Assembly: GCF_001194135.2 (NCBI RefSeq)
Contig: NC_068990.1
Span: 57,083,283-57,119,330 of the forward strand
Direction: 5' to 3'
DNA length: 36,048 nucleotides
DNA from: Octopus bimaculoides
Taxonomy: Eukaryota
The notes under the pieces were generated by a model. It did not search any database, was not told where the DNA came from, and saw only the letters and a list, made by a program, of their open reading frames with translations. Position numbers and translations under genes: made by a program. Positions 35,128 to 36,048 of the stretch are shown here, piece after piece (within the stretch, counting starts at the first letter, position 1; the number at the start of each line of letters is the position of its first letter).

Positions 35128-35991
35128 TCTGAGGTTGCATCATGAAGTTTCCGAACTGGTTCTGCAGCATGCCAACAGATGGCAGCACACAGTTGTGACT
35201 TTCGTAGGGCAGTCTGTTAAGTGACATCACTACGTATACTTTGCAAGTTGTAAAATTTGTGTCTTTGTGATTACATGCATGCTCTTTTCTGCAATTTTGT
35301 CATGGACAGGAACAAAGACCCAACATGAAATTTTGCGTTAAACTTAGGAAGTCTGCTACAGAGATATTGAGCATACTTTGGCAAGCATACAGCAATGAAA
35401 GAATGAGTCATATGCTATGTTTTGAGTGGCACGGGTACTTGAAAAGTGGATGAATGTCCCTAGAAAATGATAAGTGACCTGGAAGACTTGCTACAAGGCC
35501 TTCCCTGGAAATGTGGTATTGTGCACTGAGAATTCATCCTTCAGGGCCAGACCATCAAATGATGTTCTGAAGCGTTTGAGGGAGGACATTTGGTGAAAAG
35601 TGTCCATATGTGTGGAGCATGAAGAATTGAATTCTGCATGACGAGAATGCATCCTGTCACTGAGCTCTGATCACTTGTGTGTTTCTTGCCAAAAACAACA
35701 TGGTATCACTTCTGCACCCACCCTATTTACAAGATTTAGCACCTGAGAATTTCTATCTCTTCCCCAGGACGAAAATGCTCAAAGGTCACTGCTTTAATAC
35801 TGTTGCCGAGATGCAGAGCAAATCACAGAAGGTCCTCAACTCACTTATGGAAAGTGATTTCCAGGTTGGATTCCAAAAGTGGCAGGAATGCTGTGCAATA
35901 CTTTTCAAAGGAGATGATGTTAAAACTTAGGTAAATAAGTTATTTCATATTAAACATAACTAGTCTTCGAACGTTTTCATACCACCTCATA
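35128..35991 (+). mobile_element. Internally deleted mariner transposon
   Basis: N-terminus KFCVKLRKSATEILSILWQAYSNERMSHMLCFEWH is joined to the C-terminal half (GIVH*EFI..LHDENA..FLAKNNMVSLLHPPYLQDLAPENFYLFP..FQKWQE..FKGD). Degenerate 33-bp TIRs at 35128-35160 and 35959-35991 (20/33 identical). Confidence 0.9.
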
Positions 35992-35996
35992 TATAT

Positions 35997-36048
<52 letters not shown>
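35990..36048. repeat. (AT)n microsatellite
   Basis: Direct reading. Confidence 0.95.

Noticed and set aside
1-36048. CRISPR arrays, rRNA, true tRNA genes and conserved bilaterian miRNAs
   Set aside because: None seen. The tRNA-like segments are SINE heads without full cloverleafs, and no mature miRNA sequence that I recall was found by eye.

Overview
AT-rich animal DNA, essentially intergenic or intronic, dense in microsatellites and containing six N-gaps. The repeat families resemble those of Octopus; this is an inference from repeat style, not a database hit. There is no complete protein-coding gene, and almost all long ORFs in the track are microsatellite or N-gap artefacts. The window holds four tRNA-derived SINE types (about 17 copies), several degenerate RTE LINE fragments (endonuclease, RT, C-terminus, 3' tails), Tc1/mariner relics and a MITE, and Penelope-like element (PLE) relics including a GIY-YIG C-terminus. 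One possible terminal exon lies at 11756-11938 (-). The most notable signal is two near-complete type I hammerhead ribozyme folds with (near-)palindromic stem III, at 24483-24554 (-) and 29900-30017 (+). The second sits in a ~265 bp non-coding unit bounded by inverted repeats. Several decayed hammerhead-like cores also occur, and a ~120 bp-arm inverted repeat lies next to the first ribozyme. All folds and alignments were done by eye.
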